Assembly: GCF_009914755.1 (NCBI RefSeq)
Contig: NC_060927.1
Origin: the human T2T-CHM13v2.0 reference genome, Homo sapiens
Strand: one strand, 5' to 3'
DNA length: 64,000 nucleotides
Under the pieces are notes generated by a model. It ran no database searches. It was given only the letters and a program-made list of their open reading frames with translations, and was not told the DNA's origin. This document shows positions 1 through 11,959 of this stretch, piece by piece (the first letter of the stretch is position 1; each line of letters opens with the position of its first letter). The position numbers were made by a program, and so were the translations under genes.

Positions 1-834
1 CTAATTTTTGGAGTTTTATTTAATGTCGGGAGCAGATTGGGTAATAAAATGCATATTGAGAATAAGACGGCCTTCTGGCCCTTCAGGGTCTAGGGCTGTA
101 AAGCATCTCAGGTGTGCTGCCAAAAGAGCCATGAACTGGGCTGGGTTTTTACATTTGATGAAAAAGAGCCTAAATGCTAACTGATTTGGGAGAGGTCAGA
201 TAAAGAAAAAGGAGCATTACCCTTGACTATGCGTTTAGCTCCAGCCACCTTTTAAAGAGGAAATTGTTGGGCAGGTGGGGGAGGGCTAGTCGTGGAATGA
301 AACTGTAAGCCAGATGGGGTGTGAGGAGGGGAGGTAATAGAAGGATTATAGGGTGGGAGAGTGGAGGCTAAGGAAGAATTGGGACCTGGCTCGACCTGGC
401 GAGGAGCAGCCTGGGGAGGAGGGGAGAGGTCAGATGGGTCCTTAGAAAAGGAAGATTGGAAAGACTCAGCAACACTTGGGGTTGGGACTGAGGGGACAGG
501 TGGGAGGGAAAGAAGGAAGATTTGGGACGAGCTGCATTGGGGACAGAGACTAGGGAGGGACAAATGTGTAAAAGAATACCTGGATATCAGGCACCTCAGA
601 CCATTTGTCCATTTTATGACAAGAATTATTTAGATCTTGTGGGATGGAAAAATCAGAAGTGCCATTTTCTGGCTATTTGGAACCATTGTCGAGTTTGTAT
701 TGGGGTTAAGCGGCATTGCAGAAGAAAATAAGGCATTGAGATTTTAGGTCAGGTGTGAGTTGAAGAGATTTTAAGTTCTTGAGAACACAGGCTAAGGGAG
801 AAGAAGGAGGAATGGAGGGTGGAAGTTTGCCTAT
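1..834 (-). pseudogene. Defective HERV-H gag (matrix and proline-rich p12-like region)
   Basis: Start codon appears mutated to ATA (832-834; ATA GGC AAA CTT CCA vs consensus MGNLP). Fragments LKSQCLIFFCNAA and DPSDLSPPPQAAPRQ...LPPYNP...PAQQFPL are broken by stops, and the PPPY late motif reads LPPY. Confidence 0.85.
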
Positions 835-1349
835 AGTGATGGAGGCAAGCCCAGAGAAAAGAGAGGGTAGAGACATGGAGAGAAGGGGTGGGGGGTGCTT
901 GCCCCCATGAAAGTGAAAAGAGAGGGTAGAGACACAGAGCAAAGGGGTGGGGGATGCTTGCCCCCCAGGAAAGTGGAGAGAAAAGAGAGGGTGGAGACAC
1001 GGAGAGAAGGGGTGGGGGTACTTGCCCCCCAGGAAAGTGGTGCTTGCCACTAAGGGTGAAGGATCAAGGCAGGCGTCCCCACAGTGATCAGACACCTCTG
1101 AAACTTGGGTGAATAATCAAACAGGCGTTCCCTCAGTGATTAAACACCAAGGGAAGACTGTCTTCCCAAGTCCATGACCAGTGCCGGAGTTTTGGGTTCA
1201 CGGATAAAACACGTCTCCTGTGTCTCTACCAGAAAAGGAAAGGAACTGAAATTAAGAGAAGGGAGAGATTGAAAGATGGCGCTAAGATTGAAAGGAGAAA
1301 GAGGTTGAGGGATAGTGAGAGAGGTTGGAGAAGAGAGTAAAAAGAGGCC

Positions 1350-1358
1350 ACTTACCCG
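1350..1358 (-). promoter_or_regulatory. HERV-H major splice donor
   Basis: Minus strand ccaattttaaatCGG|gtaagtggcctc sits at the known HERV-H leader donor position, with a consensus GTAAGT. Confidence 0.8.
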
Positions 1359-1480
1359 ATTTAAAATTGGTGAGATGTTCCTTGGGCTGGTTGGTCTGAG
1401 GACCCGATGTCATAGGTGGATTTTCTCATGGAGCAAAGAGGAAGACGACAGGGGATTGATCTCCCAAGGGAGGTCCCCCG

Positions 1481-1498
1481 ATCTGAGTCACACCACCA
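1481..1498 (-). other. Primer-binding site for tRNA-His (degenerate)
   Basis: tggtggtgtgactcagat vs His PBS tggtgccgtgactcggat (3 mismatches), directly after the LTR end. Confidence 0.85.
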
Positions 1499-1500
1499 AA

Positions 1501-1830
1501 TGTCACGCACATAGGGGTGGGGCCGTTTTATAGGATTTGGGTGGGTGGTGGAAAATTATAGTTAAAGAGGGGTTTTCTCTTATGGGCAGGGGCGGGGGTC
1601 ACAAGGTGCTCAGTGGGGGAGGTTCTGAGCCAGGAGAAGGAATTTCACAAGGTTAATTGCTCAGTTAAGGTGGGGCAGGAACAAATCACAATGGTGGAAT
1701 GTCATCAGTTAAGGCAGGAACTGGCCATTTTCACTTCTTTTGTGATTCTTCACTTGTTTCAGGCCATCTGGATGTATACGTGCAGGTCACAGGGGATACA
1801 ATGGCTTAGGTTGGGCTCATAGGCCTGACA
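1501..1830 (-). mobile_element. HERV-H 5' LTR (LTR7 family, LTR7B-like U3), internally deleted in R/U5
   Basis: Starts tgtcaggcctatgagcccaacctaagccat and ends gtgcgtgaca. TATAAAA at 1526-1532 is followed by the ggccccacccc box. Only 330 bp long. Confidence 0.93.
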
Positions 1831-1975
1831 CTCTTATCACACACACACAAATTATGTTAGCTGATAGATATATTAAATGGCTCGACTGTGGCAATCATTT
1901 CCCTATGTATATGTATATCAAAGTTTCATGCTGCATACCTTAAATGTATATAATAAAAAATAAATTAAGTAAAAA
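1831..1975 (+). mobile_element. Old L1M 3' end (the HERV-H insertion target)
   Basis: gatagatatattaaatggctcgactgtggcaatcatttc...cataccttaaatgtatataataaaaaataaa matches the L1MA/MB 3' terminus. Confidence 0.65.
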
Positions 1976-2461
1976 CATGCATTCTCCATTTTTATTGCAT
2001 ATGTTAATATTTTATTATATCTACATCATCAGATTTTCTAGTCATACAATATGCTGTCTCCCATTTAACTCTCACTAAACCACAGTTTTACATGTAACTA
2101 TGTATTTATTGCTCACCACAAGTCCTTATATTAATGTTTCTATAGTCATTCTTGCTGTTTGAAACTTGTTTTAAGGACTATATCTTAAGATAAAAGCAAG
2201 TGAATGATACTCCCTGAGTTTTATGTGTTAATAACAGTTTCATAATTAAAGATCAGTTTTACTGAATATAATAACTTGTCTTACATTTTAATTGAGAACT
2301 TTACATATTTACTGTATTTTCTTCTGAAATAAAGCATTTCTGTTGGAAAGTCTGATGATAATTTAATTTTCTTTTCCACATAAGTCACATGCTCTTTTTG
2401 TTCTATATATCTAAAATATTTGCTTTCCTTTTCTTTAAATTCCAGAAGATGTGCTAGATTA

Positions 2462-2900
2462 TGTATTGATGTCCCATAACAAAATGCTGCACAACTTAAC
2501 AGCACAAAACAACAATTTTATTTGGTTTACAGATTTTGTGGGAAAGAAGCCTGGAAAGGGCACAAAGGAAACAGCTGTTTTCTCCTCTGCAATGTCAGGG
2601 GCTGCAGAATAGCTTTTTCACTTACATCTGGTGCTTGGACAGGCCAGACTTAGCTGGAACTCCTGGGTGAAGTATCTATGTGAGGCCTCTACAGTTGGTG
2701 GTCTCAGGGTGTTTGAAATTTTACATGGAAACTGAGGGCTTCATTATTCCCAGTGAATAAGGTGGAAGTGACACGGTCTTATGAATTTCCTCATACTGTG
2801 TGGTCATAGCAGCCATATGCTGGCCCAAATTCAAGAGAAAGGGACACAGTTCCCTGATTTTATGGGAAGAATGTACAAAAATTTTAAGACTACCAACTTA
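2462..2900 (-). mobile_element. MLT1-family MaLR LTR (old)
   Basis: cataacaaaatgctgcacaacttaacagcacaaaacaacaattttatt...ggcccaaattcaagagaaagggacacag pattern. Confidence 0.6.
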
Positions 2901-3124
2901 TTCTCTGTCTAACACATTATGTACATTCTTGCATTATTTGTAAAATCACCCAAAAGTCTTACACTACATATACATCAAGCTCAGACTCAAGTTTAAAGAT
3001 TTATTGATTTAGATGACATCCAGGTATAGATGAGGTTCCTGAGTTTCAGTTCCTCAAGGAAGTTTCTCTTGATCTTATTGCTTATCATCAGTATCTGTCA
3101 TTTTCACTCAAATCCTCTTGTCTC

Positions 3125-3286
3125 TTTTTTTTCTTTCTTTTTTCTTTTAAGACAGGGTTTGGCTCTATCACCCAGGCTTCAGGCATGCACCACCATGCTG
3201 GGCTAATTTTTGTATTTTTAGTAGAGATGGGTTTTGCCATGTTGGCCAGACTGGTCTTGAACTCCTGGCCTCAAGTAATTTGCCCA
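3125..3286 (-). mobile_element. Alu fragment with an internal right-arm deletion
   Basis: Poly-T, then gacagggtttggctctatcacccaggct joined directly to caggcatgcaccaccatgctgggctaatttttgtattttt. Confidence 0.85.
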
Positions 3287-4878
3287 ACTCACTATTTTTG
3301 ATATTTAATTTATTTTCCTTTTAGCTTATATTTCTAACAGAGCACTATCTGTTTTTATTCTTTTTCTATTCTACCTTAGTTTTCATATATAAAACATTTT
3401 TCTTTTGTTCCTAATCATTTTTTTGAGTCTGCCGCTTCATTGGGGTTTTCTCATTCAAGTATGTTGATTTCTGTTAGGTTGCATCATTGTTCTTAATATA
3501 TTTTAACTTATATTGAAATAGTACAGTAGAGTTTTGATCTGTTCTTTTGTGTTGAGCTTTACTTCCTGGTGGGCTTTTATTTTCTATAGGGAAGTAATTC
3601 TCTTTATTCCTTTTACCTTATAATAACTTCATGTGGAATTTGACATTTTTTTTTCTGCTGCTTATATGTATGTGGTTTTAATGTTCATAAACTGTTAGAA
3701 GAGGGCTTAGATGAGATAGCTTTCCCAACTTTAGGGAAGTTTCATTTAAGTTTTAAAAGATAACAGCTTACTTTGTGAAATTATTTGCATTAAGTTCCAA
3801 GCCTGCTTTCAACCTTTCAACCGGCTATTCTTATTCCTTCATCTCTGTCCTGCTTAATTTAGTTCTACTCCAAACTGTGTGATGACCATATAGAAGAGCA
3901 TCTTGGCTGGTCAGTTTCAAGAGCTCACAGGGTAGCAAATGCCCAAGTCTCTTCAGATCTTTCCATGGACTCCATGCAGTCACCCATTATTAGAGGGAGC
4001 AACTCCCCCACCTCTTTCAGCTGCTAATTGCCAATTGATCTTTGATGGCTTCTAGTGCATAACCGTTAGCTATTTGGGGGTCCCATGTTCTCTTTTCTAT
4101 CAGTCATCCCATTGCTTCCTTCTGGTTTCTTCTGCACAGGTGGATATAGCACGTAGTTACTATGTACTGCCAGTTTAATCCCTCTACCTTGTAATTTGCA
4201 GTTCTTGGGGATACTTTGCCATCTAGTTTTGTTATAAATTTTGAACATGTGTATTTAATTTAGCTCTCTAATCCCTCTTCTGCTTGTATGTAGATTACGG
4301 ACAGTCCTCCCAAAAATGCTGCCAACACTGCTGCCATTTTCCAAAAAATCTTGAAGACAATTTCAAAAGATGTTTTCCAAACACCATTTGAGAAAGGGCA
4401 ATGTGATAATGGCCAGCCTTGAATGGAGAACACTAGCACATCTGATCTGTTAAAATCAGGCTAAATATTGTATTGCTACATTTCATGTTAAAAATATTTC
4501 TAATGAAAAATGATAAAAAGTAGTGTGGAGCTTTTAATAAGTAAAATAAATGTTATTTTAAATGGTAGCATAAAAAAACTTTCCTTGTGGATAATCCAAT
4601 TGGCAGAAAAAAAGACTTAAGATGAATACCTTAATTTTCACTACTCCCTTTAATATCAACTTTATAAAAAGAATGTAATACAATCAACTGCACACATATC
4701 ATTAAACCAAATAAATATATATCAGCTGCTTCTGCACAGGAAATAACTTGTGCATTTCGAAAGGGTCTAAGATCATTGGAGTATAAAATTGAAAGAGTTC
4801 TCACATTATCTTAAGAAATAACATGAAATGGTTTCTCACTGCATAATTCTCTAGAAAATCTAGGAAATTGCTTTGTAC

Positions 4879-4980
4879 CCATGATGTGTCCTTTGATCTA
4901 CAAGGTTTCACACACAGCATTTCTTTATTGTTTCTGGTTTCACTTTGGTAAGGATAATTTGTTTTAATCTCCAGGTTACT
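4879..4980 (-). ncRNA. Candidate exon of a putative minus-strand transcript
   Basis: Acceptor attacattacttccccag|AGT with a weak donor TGG|gtacaa; 102 nt and open in frame 0. Splice-signal inference only. Confidence 0.25.
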
Positions 4981-5479
4981 CTGGGGAAGTAATGTAATCA
5001 TATTATTAGTTATCAATTCATAAATAATCAAATTCCCATAACAAAGATTTTTTTTTCTATTTCTATGATAGGGTATGGCTTCTGATCAAACTTTCTCTAT
5101 ATTTCTAAAAGTTATTAAAAAACCTATGTGAGGATATATGTTTTTTGTGATAACATTGAGTAAAGACAAAAATTAGTTATTGTTTTCTAGGAATGCAACT
5201 TAGTGTGCCTTTAAAGAAGACCTGATTTCTTATAGTGAAGCACACTTTATTGTAGATTTTAGAGATATGAGATATCAGTAAGACTGATTGTTCCATCAAC
5301 CTCTCACTATCAAAAGGTAAGGTACAATATTGTCTACTCTGAATTGAACACTGAAGTTCCATTTATTTTGGATTATAATTCAAACAATCTAGACTATCTA
5401 AATTAGCATTTGTTTAGAATTTTAGAATTCTAATTTTTAGCTCCAAATTCGATTCTCAAACAAAAGTTCTCTTTCATTA

Positions 5480-5612
5480 ATACATACATATATGTGTTTA
5501 TATTTTATACATATATAGATATATGTTGTGGGTATACATGTGTGTGCCTATATATACATATGTGTGTGTGTGTGTGTATATATATACCGATGTATGTATA
5601 AAAACAGTATAT
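5480..5612. repeat. Compound (TA)n/(TG)n microsatellite
   Basis: tatatacatatgtgtgtgtgtgtgtgtatatatatac. Confidence 0.85.
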
Positions 5613-5899
5613 ACAGTTTCCCTGCCATTTGTTGGGTGGTTTCTTGCTGCTGGTCTTTTCTGGGATAACTCCTACAGTGGAAGCCAGCTGGTAGCCAGGG
5701 GGAGAAAGAGGTTTTGTGATTCAAGATAACCTCATTTGCATGTTGGAAGCCACCTGGCTCCCTCTCTCCAGGTGATTTCTTATCCTGTAAGAGGCTAGGC
5801 CAGCTTATTTTCCCTGGGTTCAAAGAAGCAAGAAGTTGTTATAATTCGCAAGACCTCCTGAGAAATAAAAGCACTGAAGCATTCAACCTGCCTTTCTTA

Positions 5900-6600
5900 C
5901 TACTCTGTGACTAAATAATAGATTTTTTAAAATGTGTTTTTTAAAATAAAATTAGTACAGTTAGTAAATGAAAATAATAGAATATCATCATTTTACAACC
6001 CCCAATAGAATAAAGCTTTTAGGCACCAGACAGCAACAGATGCTAACACCAAAAAGAACCCAAACTGGAGAGATATGCCTCCTGAAATACTCACACATGC
6101 ACACACACACATACACGGTATCACACTGTATGCACATCACCACCCATGGTCTTGTCAAAGGTATCAAACTTGATTCTGATGAAGTGTCTGGATCCAGCTC
6201 CCAGTCTGTAGGAAATAGGGAGAACAATGTAGCATTTTGCACTACACAAGAAGCATGCAATCTGCAACTTCTAGGCTATGAAAAGTTTTATATGTTAAAT
6301 GACTTAATAATTAATGAAAAACAATTTTAATAAAGGGATAAAAATGACTTTAAGAGAGTCTTGAAATAAATGTCAAAAAATTTTAATTTACTATTTTAAA
6401 TTTAATTACTAAATTATTTGCTAAATTTAAAATTACTAAACATTAATCTAAGGATGGTCACTTGAATGATAATCGTAAAAAGGCAAAGTAATTTCTGAAA
6501 ATAAAAATCAGGATATTGGTCACTTTGAAGAGTGTAAGGAGATCATAATTTGGATGGATAACACAAGGAGCTTCCAGATAACCAGGCTCAAATTTCTAAT
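5900..6600 (+). mobile_element. Degenerate L1MC-type 3' region
   Basis: Weak resemblance to L1MC4/5 3' UTR (gaatatcatcattttacaacccc...). Confidence 0.35.
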
Positions 6601-8460
6601 TTTAACATTAAAAAAATCCCTGATAAGATTGATTATGGGACATAGGGTTGTTGATGACTAAGTACACCTTTTATAGAAAAAGAATTATAGATTTTGAATG
6701 AATCTATAACAGACATTCAAGTTGATTCTCCAAAAATATTCAAAATAATTTTTCTGCAAAGTTGTAGCCACTTTTGTATAAAAACACAATACTTAAAAGT
6801 GACTACTTTGAAGGTACTAACATATTTAGGTGTGTACATTCTAATGTTTCTTTAGAAATTCATAATAGTTTATAGCCATGTATAGTATGCCTATTTTCAT
6901 AATGACTTATATAGTAGAGAAAATGTAATTGGGTTAGTATAAAGGGTTGGAAATTTTTCTATAGAAATGTTTAATAAATTATTTTATTTGCAATAAATTC
7001 ATGTGTGTCAGAGTACATTTCTGATATATATATACTTTATCTAAAGTGAAGCCTATATTTTTGAAGAGTGTTTCCAAGAATAAAATAAGAAAATGTATGA
7101 GGTCTAAACATTTTGAGAAATAGTGGTTAAGAGAGTGGAACCGTTTAACAGAGAGAACATTTGATTGAAGACTTGGGGATGACTCAACTTGTGAAGAGAA
7201 GGATAACAATAGTGCTTCAAGCAAACTTTCTATTTCTGCTTAGATTATTTGAGAAATTCAGGCAAAATTCAAGCAGTTGCTTCAACTGTTCACATCACTT
7301 CAGCAGTAGCATAAGTCTGCGCTGGGAAAATGAAGCACACTGATTTAATAACTGACAAAGATGCAGGATATGTAGAAAGTAGTGGGGACTGGCATTACTG
7401 TGCAAATGCTCTGACTTTGATTTTCTATAACTTAAGAGCAAAGTATAAATGTGAGATAATCAAGTTTGAAGTTCTAGAAAAACATATTTCTCGACCATCT
7501 TAATATTTCAATTAAATGTGAATGGAAATAACTAATCAAAATGCTTTAGGTGTTAATAACATTTCACCATAAATATCACCACATGTTTCAGAAATTTTAC
7601 ATTATAGTAATTTAATGTTTACTGTAACAGCATAAAAACCACCTACTTCAAAGCAGCAGAATATAAAAAGTAATGTTGTCTTTTGAAACACGTTCACAGA
7701 AGACAGAAGAAAAATTTTTAAATTAAAAAAATGAAACAGAGAGACAAAGAAGCATAATAACAAGAATTTCTTTAATAGAATTGAAATTGGTTTTCCCAGG
7801 GTGAAAATACTAAGGAAGGTAATGAACTGGAAAGTCTCTAGGCCAAAATCGGCCAGGAGGTTATTGCCGTGAATCTGTGTTGTCCATTTGACCCAGGGAA
7901 AATGCAAAGATAAGAGAATAGAGTATACTCTTGACTCTAATCTTAATGTGATTGGACTAAAATGGCAATCAAATTGTTGCTTTTGAGTAGCAGACATTCC
8001 TTATTGCTTCTGCAGCTAGGCTTCAAAACTGGATGGCTTCAACATCCCAGCTGGTTTTCTACTCCTGCTAACCCTGATTATAAAACTTTCTTCTTGGTTA
8101 AATTTATATTATCTTCATGCATCTATGTATTTCTCCTTCCACAAAAATAAATGCTGATCTACATGAAAATAAATTCTTCATTGCAGAAGGTAAATAATAA
8201 ATTGCAGAGTGTCTCCAGAGAGCTTTACTATCCATGATTTTCATAGCAGAGTAACACTTTTTAGGACAGCTCTTCATTACCTGGTAATTCAAGAGATCTA
8301 TTTTATTGTAGGTTTCAAAACTTGCTTCTTTGTTTTATAAATAGAACTATATTCTTCCAAAGTGTATACAGTCTGATTATCTAGAACAGTAACATTAATA
8401 CATATTTCTATATGTGGATTTACATAAATTATATTGTATAATAAATCATTTTATTAGTTT

Positions 8461-8508
8461 ATTTTTACTTATAAATGTGTACATATTTTTACTTATAAAT
8501 GTGTACAT
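8461..8508. repeat. Perfect 24-bp tandem duplication
   Basis: atttttacttataaatgtgtacat x2. Confidence 0.95.
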
Positions 8509-9611
8509 TTGTGTCTGTATATATATGTAATATTGGTCTAGGTACTAAATAATATAAATTGATATAAATATAGCCAAAAAAGCCTACCGTTTTAAATGAA
8601 CATCTGTGTGATAAATATATACTGTAGACAATAATTTTCTCTAATGACAACTTCCAGGATTATCCTGGTAAAAAATGAGAATGATTTTTATATTTTTGTA
8701 GGTACAAAAATCTTCCTGAGATACATATACTTAGGCTTGAAAAAAGTGATTACCATATTCTTGAAGTCTTATTTTCTTTATAGTTAATATAATTTCAAAT
8801 ACGTGGAGCAATTATTCAAGCAGCATAAACTATTTTAAGTCAGTACAATAGAGATTAACCAGTTAAATTCAATGAGCCAAAACTCAATCCTTTGTCTAAC
8901 GTTACTAAGCAGGGAGAGTGTAGACAAAGAAATATGACCAAACTTATGCCATGATTGTTGGAAGAGGTTTTGATTAGTTCTTTATTAATAAAGATACTTT
9001 CAACTAGTAATATACTAATCATTTCAACACTACTTGAGGCTACCGGTAAACAGTTGGCTACTTCTATTGCTTCTCAGTACCCAAACTCTACTTGTAAGCC
9101 AGACTACCCTTAGAACACACAACTAACTCTCTGATAAGACAAAAGCGAACATATACAGATAGCCCCAACTCTAACTCTAAGCACTTTAAAAAATTTATCT
9201 TGTCCCTTAAGATTCTGTAAGGGTGACATTAAAAACAATAACAATATGTACAATCATCAGTCTTAATACCAACACATTTAAATGACTGCTTTGTACAGAA
9301 TTTCCCCAGCTTGTGGCTTTGAGTTGATTTTCATCTACCTAGTTATATGAGTATAGAAAATGTAGTAAAATTATATAAATCAATGTAATAACAAAACAGA
9401 TAACAAAGGATAGAGCAAAAACTTGTGTATGTTATTATAAACTACATCTAATAAAAAACACAGTACATTTTGCTACAATTATTCCACTTGAAAATAATCA
9501 CTGTAATGGCTGTTCTGTCATAATAAATTGTTTTAACAATTTTTAAAATTTTTAAAAATTTTAAAAATAATTTATTCCAAAAAAAAAAATACTACTAATG
9601 AAGACACTTAC

Positions 9612-9715
9612 CCCACTCCTCTGGTTTCTAAGGCATCTTAGCAAATAGGCATCGCAGCAGGAAAACACGCTTCTGGCTACAGAATTGTAATGTGGTTTCA
9701 AGGACACTGCAGTAT
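9612..9715 (-). ncRNA. Candidate 104-nt exon of a putative minus-strand transcript
   Basis: Acceptor ttttgtcatattattttaaaag|ATA and consensus donor GGG|gtaagt. GC-richer than its flanks, with 2 retained CpGs. Confidence 0.45.
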
Positions 9716-10093
9716 CTTTTAAAATAATATGACAAAATAGACTACTTGGAAAGCAACAAATCTGTTTTGCAAACTAATAGAAGACCTTTCATGATTTTAT
9801 TTTAAATTAAAATATTTCGACACTACTTTATTTGTTGAACATTGAAGCACCAAAGAAGGAAAAAACAAGTTGATAGGAATCCGTGTATTCTCCGTGGGTT
9901 TTATCCTTACATTTTCACTAAAGAAAAAAACAGAATGTTTCCTAATGGGGCCACTGAATCAAAGATTTTGATTGAAGTTATTTTTGAGAGATAATTTAAA
10001 GGGGATAAAATGTTATGTCTATAAATACATCGTTTTAAATTCAGAAATCAATGATTTCTAGTCTCTAAATGTGGAGGTTCAAAAGATATATAA

Positions 10094-10492
<399 letters not shown>

Positions 10493-10765
10493 TACGCACA
10501 CTATTTCTTATAGATAATAGACTATAATTTCCCCAGGCTGGTTCTGAATTACTGAGCAAACCTCATATATCTTAAAGTTGAAGGAGATTTCAATTTCCTT
10601 CTTATCTTTTGTAAGGCTGATTAAATATAGTACTCATGATATATAAGCTGCTAAAACAGAAGAACATATCTGATATGAAATCATTAGAATAGGAAACATA
10701 GCATAGATATATTTTCTTCTGCCTTTATCCAAACCCCAGTCCTGGATTTCTAGAGAAAGATAGCA

Positions 10766-11483
<718 letters not shown>

Positions 11484-11589
11484 TGGATTTCTTTTATTGA
11501 AAAGTCTCCATAGGCCTTGTTCCTTTCGTCACAGAAATAATAAAAGTGATGGCTTTGACCTAAACTCAGGCTGACCATGGATGACTGAC

Positions 11590-11620
11590 TTGCTGGAAGA
11601 TGCTGTTTCTCGTTTTTCCA
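11590..11620 (-). ncRNA. Candidate 31-nt micro-exon
   Basis: Acceptor acattttttccccag|TGG and donor CAA|gtcagt. Confidence 0.3.
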
Positions 11621-11959
11621 CTGGGGAAAAAATGTCTAGATCTGGACCGAGAGTCTTGAAAGCAATTTACGTTTACACCAAAATCCCACAGGCGCCCATT
11701 AGGTATATTTGCTCGATTAAATACAAATCTTGAGGTCCCAAACTTTGACAGATTTTTAGACTTATTATCTTTCAGTTGCATTGGTTACATACATAAATAA
11801 ACCCAGCTTTATTTTCTTATTCTTGTTCAATTTTAACAGGCTTTCATGCTAAACTACATTAGAAGTTTCTTCCCATTGAAATTCAATATTATGTTTATGC
11901 AACCTGTGTGTGACCAGATAGGACTAAATTTGTTTATGGTGGGGAATTAAAAGCAATCC

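Larger units (their letters stand above)
1..1500 (-). mobile_element. HERV-H internal region (leader and gag); continues beyond the window start
   Basis: Minus strand after the LTR reads tttggtggtgtgactcagatcgggggacctcccttgggagatcaatcccc, the typical HERV-H leader. Pre-gag ~60-bp purine-rich tandem repeats lie at ~850-1035, followed by gag-like peptides. Confidence 0.95.
1990..4345 (-). mobile_element. HAL1/L1ME-type ancient LINE remnant, interrupted by MLT1 and an Alu fragment
   Basis: 2250-2460 resembles antisense HAL1 ORF1 (gttggaaagtctgatgataatttaattttcttttcc). A 5'-end-like motif ctgctgccattttcc lies near 4330-4343. Confidence 0.5.

Noticed and set aside
850-1035. Three ~60-bp G-rich direct repeats superficially like an array
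   Set aside because: Contiguous tandem units without unique spacers, a normal feature of the HERV-H pre-gag leader. Not CRISPR.
7990-8300. Possible minus-strand exon near 8075-8158
   Set aside because: Weak donor (gttagc) and stops in all three frames, with no other support.
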